DNA from: Zootoca vivipara | Taxonomy: Eukaryota | Length of the DNA stretch: 64,000 nucleotides | NCBI RefSeq assembly: GCF_963506605.1 | Contig: NC_083285.1 | Span: 38,254,001-38,318,000 of the forward strand | Direction: 5' to 3' | Part shown: piece after piece, positions 58,858 through 64,000 of the stretch | How the letters are laid out: every line of letters starts with the position of its first letter | How positions within the stretch are numbered: the first letter of the stretch is position 1 | Position numbers and translations under genes: made by a program | Notes under the pieces: generated by a model | What the model was told of the DNA's origin: nothing | Databases searched by the model: none | Seen by the model: only the letters and a program-made list of their open reading frames with translations

Positions 58858-58970
58858 GTCTCTCTTGGTGCTTGATGACATTTGGGATTCCTGGGTATTA
58901 AAATCCTTTGACAGTCATTGCCAGGTTCTTATCACCAGTAGAGATAGGAGTGTAGCAGATTCTGTAGCTG
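58858..58970 (+). CDS. APAF1: APAF1 coding exon 5 (Walker B)
   Basis: SLLVLDDIWDSWVLKSFDSHCQVLITSRDRSV; 113 nt. Confidence 0.96.
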
Positions 58971-59407
58971 GTAAGGATTGCGTCTTCTTCCTTCTTTGAA
59001 GTATTTAAGGTTACTCATGTACAGAGTGGTTTTTTTAATTGTGTTGCCATGACTACCATTAACACTTATTAAGTGCAACAGTAATGTAGGCATTGTACAG
59101 AGGAGAAAAACTGCACTGTCCTTAAAAAATAGCTCATAATCTCTGTTATGTAGCCAGGAAGACAGAGATGTAGAAAGACAGGATCTGAGCTTTTAGTAAT
59201 ACTGCTTCTTATTGAATTACACAGAATGACCCAGTATCAGTGAGAAACACTGAAGAGCATACAAAATTTAAGAAAACTGTAAATAGTTGATTCAGACAAC
59301 TGTATTAGGGAAGAGATAGACAACAACAGAGGAAATTAAATAATAATACCTTAGATGGTACAGCATGCAACTCGTAATCTCACATAGGGCAAAAGATTAT
59401 TGCATTG

Positions 59408-59461
59408 CACAGGGTTGGACTAGATGATCCTTGTGGTCCCTTGCAACTTTACAATTCTATG
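59408..59461 (+). mobile_element. CR1 LINE 3'-end fragment
   Basis: GGGTTGGACTAGATGATCC...CAACTTTACAATTCTATG CR1 tail; similar fragments at ~63700-63755 (+) and ~10380-10440 (-). Confidence 0.65.
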
Positions 59462-59648
59462 GAATATACCATGCATATAAACCATGAACAAAAATAATTA
59501 AAATAAACAAATATAGCACATTTAAACAAGCCCAGTTAAAATTCCCATGTTGTAACTTTAAAAAATCCTAATTACAGTGTAAATTCATATGTAGCATGAA
59601 TTAATTTAAATATTTCCTTTTTTATTTGAATCTTAACTCTAAACACAG

Positions 59649-59780
59649 GCAATAAATATGAAGTTCCTGTGGAAAGTGGACTAACACATGAAAAATCACT
59701 TGAAATATTATCTCGGTTTGTTAATATAGAAATAACAGAACTACCAGAAAAAGCTGATTGTATTGTAAAAGAATGCAAAG
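59649..59780 (+). CDS. APAF1: APAF1 coding exon 6
   Basis: NKYEVPVESGLTHEKSLEILSRFVN...IVKECK; 132 nt. Confidence 0.95.
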
Positions 59781-60319
59781 GTAAGAATGCTCATTTTCTC
59801 TGCATTTTGAAACAAACCATTTTTAACTTTCATCGTATATCTGCTGTTTACTAGACTTGTGACCTCATTCATATGTCATGATAAACCTTATTACAGATTT
59901 ACTGTAAAAACAGCATTTGTTCTTCCTTTGAAAAAATGTAGGAGAAGGAAACCACAATCTCTTGCTGTTTTCAAACTGAGCATTGTGGTTTTTTTCACTT
60001 TGAACAATCTACAATCTGTATCTAAGGTTTGCTCTTGACTGACAGAGAAAACAAAGCAAAACCCACAGTTTGGACATAATGCTAAGCCCGAGGTATCATG
60101 GTTTCTTCTCCCATGTGCTAGTGCAGAGAAGCAAAGTGGGTGAGATCAATATGTGCATAGTAAACAATTAGCTACGGTTAACTGTGATGTCTAAGCTTGA
60201 CCAGTGAGCAACTCAATGTAAAAATTACATTTCCTTCACAGCATTCTCTTTGCAATTTGCTATTCTTTTATCAAAAGTTTAATTTTCATTTAGTAATTTC
60301 ACCCATTCCTGTTTTTCAG

Positions 60320-60558
60320 GTTCTCCTCTTGTGGTATCTTTGATAGGAGCATTATTAAGAGATTTCCCCAATCGCTGGGAATACTATCTTAAACAACTTC
60401 AAAATAAGCAATTTAAAAGAATAAGGAAGTCATCATCTTATGATTATGAAGCACTTGATGAAGCCATGTCCATAAGTGTTGAAATGTTGCCAAAAGATTT
60501 CAAAGACTATTACAGAGATCTTTCTGTCCTTCAAAAGGATGTTAAAGTGCCTTCAAAG
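60320..60558 (+). CDS. APAF1: APAF1 coding exon 7 (GxP motif, HD1)
   Basis: SPLVVSLIGALLRDFPNRWEYYLKQLQNKQFKRIRKSSSYDYEALDEAMSISVE...VPSK; 239 nt. Confidence 0.96.
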
Positions 60559-60882
60559 GTAAAACCCATTTTAAAGAAACACTGGTGGTGGTTATGGAAA
60601 TTGTGACTTTTAAATCATGATAACAAATTGTGACCATGACATTTTGCAGAAAACTGATGTTGTAATGAGAGTGACATTAGAACTGACCCATCCTTGAGCA
60701 TAATTTCTCCCCTTTTCTCTCAATGCCATGGTAGCTGTAGCTTAATATGTAATGTTTGGTCTTGTTCCCTTCTTCACTAGCCAAAGCAGACTCAGAGGTG
60801 GGATTGTTTCAGAAGTGCTTGCCTCTTTGCTTACAGGGTGGTGGGCATTATGCAGCTGCTAGGGGTATCAACTATTGGAATA

Positions 60883-61070
60883 CAGTGATACCTTGGTTTA
60901 TGAACACAATTGGTTCCGGAAGTCTGTTCATAAACTGAAGCGTTCATAAACTGAAGCGAACTTTCCCACTGAAAGTAATGGAAAGTGAATTAATCCGTTC
61001 CAGATGGGTCCGCGGCGTTCGTAAACCGAAAATTCGTAAACCGAGGTGTTCATAACCCAAGGTTCCACTG
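60883..61070. mobile_element. pogo/Tigger-like MITE
   Basis: TA|CAGTGATACCTTGGTT ... CCAAGGTTCCACTG|TA; reverse-complement relative of 6854-7115. Confidence 0.85.
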
Positions 61071-61334
61071 TAGTTCTTAAAATGGCTTCTGCATTGATAT
61101 AGAGTGGAGCGCTAGGTAAACATTAGGATAAAGTTGTCAAAAGCAGTACATATATTTTCTTAATAATAACAAATATTATAATTAAATATTAGTACTTAGT
61201 AGCTGAAAAACATGGGAAAGCAGTTGGAAAAATAGTTCACAGATTCTCAAAAAATTATATCTATATATGCACAATTTTGTTTCTATGTAGTGGGAACAAT
61301 CCATACTAATCTTAAATCTAATTGAGACAGTTAA

Positions 61335-61545
61335 GGCAGAGGGCCTTCGTGGTAGCGGCACCCACCTTGTGGAACATCCTTCCATCAGATTTAAGGAGAT
61401 GAATAATTATATAACATTTAGGAAACATCTGAAGGCAGTCCTGTATAGGGAAGCTTTTTAAGGCTTAATGTTCTACTATGTTTATATATATGTTGGAACC
61501 CAGGCAACCCAGTCAGATGGGCAGCGTATAAATAATAAAATTATT
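61335..61545 (+). mobile_element. Degenerate LINE (L2/CR1-group) 3' fragment
   Basis: AGGGCCTTC..GG.ACCCACCTTGTGGAAC..CCTTCC motif typical of L2-type ORF ends, followed by an AATAAA-rich tail. Confidence 0.5.
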
Positions 61546-62131
61546 GTTTTTAGCAGTAGTACGTGCTTAAGGCCTCTACTTATATCAGCAAGATCCATGA
61601 CCCCCAGAAGAAACTTAATTAGAGGCCTTCACTAGGGAGGAGACATGGAGAATTATCCTTTATGAAAACATTTTTGCATGAGTGCTGCATTGAATGCCAT
61701 CTGAAGGACACTTTCTGCACAAGTGCTTCCACCTGACTTAGAATTGACATTTGAACTGTGGCAATGCCTTTTGTTTGCCTGAAGGAGGATTGGGGCAGGG
61801 TGGGGAGAGAGAGAAAGAAACCTTATTTTTCATGGTTGGAATGTAGTCTAGTGTACAAAGATAAGACTCTTACCAACTTTGCTCTACCAATTTCTGCCTC
61901 TGGTCCCATCTACCACTGACATACAGCCTCCAGAGGTTTGCTTATGATGCAGTGTGCTCTCCTTGCTGAAAATGGCTCTTCCTACTGATACATGGGGAAA
62001 CTTTATGGATTTCATTGGTTTTCTTTGGTTGCATAGAAATTTGGTTCATTTGCATATTTTAAATTCTGAATTTGATTATCACCAAAAGTATGTGCTACTT
62101 GACCAATTATTTGTTTCAAAATGCACTTCAG

Positions 62132-62299
62132 GTATTCTGTATTCTTTGGGATATGGAGACAGAGGAAGCTGAAGACATACTGCAAGAATTTGTTAACAAA
62201 TCTCTCCTGTTCTGTGATCGGAATGGAAAATCATTCCAGTATTACTTGCATGATCTCCAACTTGACTTTCTTACAGAGAAGAATCGCTCTCAGCTTCAA
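62132..62299 (+). CDS. APAF1: APAF1 coding exon 8 (winged helix, LHD motif); gene continues beyond the window
   Basis: VFCILWDMETEEAEDILQEFVNKSLLFCDRNGKSFQYYLHDLQLDFLTEKNRSQLQ; 168 nt. Confidence 0.96.
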
Positions 62300-62966
62300 G
62301 TATGTTTCTGACTTTATAGTGGTGACATATAAGCATTAGACACAGCTTAAAAATGTACTTATGCAGTGTGCAAAATATTCTTATTTAAATTGCTAGTTGT
62401 ACAGTTACATATCCACCAGTACTAATTTCTTAATAGAATACTAATTCAACTTTTAAAGCTATTTTGATACAGCACAACATAAAATGCTTTGTTAGATTAA
62501 TAGTGGCACTATATGACATTGGCAGGTTTCTTGTATGACACAAGAATTTGCATGCTTCCCATTCCTTAGCAGAGCAAAGTCCAAGAGGAGGGAGTATCTT
62601 GGGGAAATCTATTTATATTTGCTAATAATCAAACAGAAGTATCTAAAAATTCTTCTGAATTTCCTCAAGTGTTTGAAATGATGAAAAAGTTAGTGTTTTA
62701 TTTGCTTTTTATGGTTATTAAAAATGGGCTTCCTTATAGGGGAAAGTACTGTGCCATCTTTGAAGCATAGTTTTAGCTTGTTTTGTTAAAGCACTTAATA
62801 TTTCAGAAATATTGGGAGATGATACTAAAATGGGTGGGGGGAGGTGGATTTTAAAAGCTCAGTCTAGTGGCTTTATATGCTTGGAAAAAACTGTTTGTGG
62901 ATCATTTGTTGATTTCAATGTTGGGACAGGTCTTTCTGCTTATTCATCCCTTACTACACAAGCTGT

Positions 62967-63315
62967 GGGACTCAGGTGGCACTGTGGGCTAAACCACTGA
63001 GCCTAGGGCTTGCTGATCAGAAGGTCGGCAGTTCAAATCCCTGTGACGGGGTGAGCTCCCGTTGCTTGGTCCCAGCTCCTGCCAACCTAGCAGTTCGAAA
63101 GCACATCAAAATGCAAGTAGATAAATAGGAACCGCTATAGCGGGAAGGTAAACGGCGTTTCCATGTGCTGCTCTGGTTTGCCAGAAGCGGCTTTGTCATG
63201 CTGGCCACATGACCTGGAAGCTATACGCCGACTCCCTTGGCCAATAATGCGAGATGAGCACGCAACCCCAGAGTCGGTCACAACTGGACCTAATGGTCAG
63301 GGGTCCCTTTACCTT
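62967..63315 (+). mobile_element. Full-length Sauria SINE
   Basis: GGGACTCAGGTGGCACTGTGGG head, B-box AGTTCAAATCC, CCCTTTACCTTT tail; TSD TACACAAGCTG (62955-65 / 63316-26). Confidence 0.9.
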
Positions 63316-64000
63316 TACACAAGCTGCTTCTCACCTTGTAGTCATTTGAGAAACTAGGTTACCTAGAAGCTTGTAATATGCTATTGTATTGGATTGAAGC
63401 CTTTGGCTGCAATTCAGTAGCAGGGTGGGTATGCTTTGTTGTGCCATCATGGTGTATCAATTCCCTCTCTGGCAGCTGCTATTGAAATAACAAAAACCAC
63501 ATATGTCCAGTGCATTCATTTAACATATCAACTAGGTTGGCCCTTTGACAGCCATGTGCAGGAAGGATGGGTGAGTGGCTTGTCAGTTCTGCTGAGTAAT
63601 CAACAGTGGTTTAAAAAACAACAACTCTAAAATGTGGTTGGCTGTTTGGCCTCTTGCCCTCTGTCCAATTCTATGGCTGTCTAGGATTGCGGATTTCCTG
63701 TATTGCAGAGGGTTGGACTAGATGATCAGCAGAGTGTCTTCCAACTCTACAATTCTTTTTCTTTAATTTAATTGTGACATTGGATATATTGCTACAAAAC
63801 TGAAGGGGGAAATAGAAGTGTATCAGCTTGCTCAACCTATGCAGCTAATGGACACTCTGAGCCCAGAGCACCCCTCAGGTTCAGATCCTCCTCCTGTCTC
63901 CAATTCCTCGCTGTAGGAAGGTTGGAGCAGCAGCGGTTTGCTCTTCCTCTGTCCAGTGCATGCTTGGAATACCATTTGGGCAAGGAGGGAAACCCAAACA

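Overview
Eukaryotic genomic DNA from a squamate reptile (lizard; the repeat families resemble lacertid ones, which is inference). It is syntenic with the human TMPO-SLC25A3-IKBIP-APAF1 block. Gene models were read from GT-AG boundaries. TMPO/LAP2beta (+): CDS 4609-23267, 9 coding exons, 458 aa, with no LAP2alpha exon. SLC25A3 (+): CDS 28254-35991, mutually exclusive exons 3A/3B, intronic SNORA53. IKBIP (-): ATG at 47634, two alternative terminal coding exons. APAF1 (+): ATG at 50538, 8 coding exons in the window, gene continues past the end; it is head-to-head with IKBIP. Mobile elements: two intact, near-identical full-length BovB/RTE LINEs in inverted orientation flanking the IKBIP/APAF1 promoter; a 5'-truncated Neptune-type Penelope-like element with ~640-bp inverted pseudo-LTRs in a TMPO intron; Sauria SINEs; L1/CR1 fragments; many TA-targeting and hAT-type MITEs. 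The most notable signals are two classes of predicted retroelement ribozyme: an HDV/CPEB3-like nested double pseudoknot starting exactly at nucleotide 1 of both BovB copies, and a minimal type-I hammerhead in each Penelope pseudo-LTR. Both were folded by hand and are untested.
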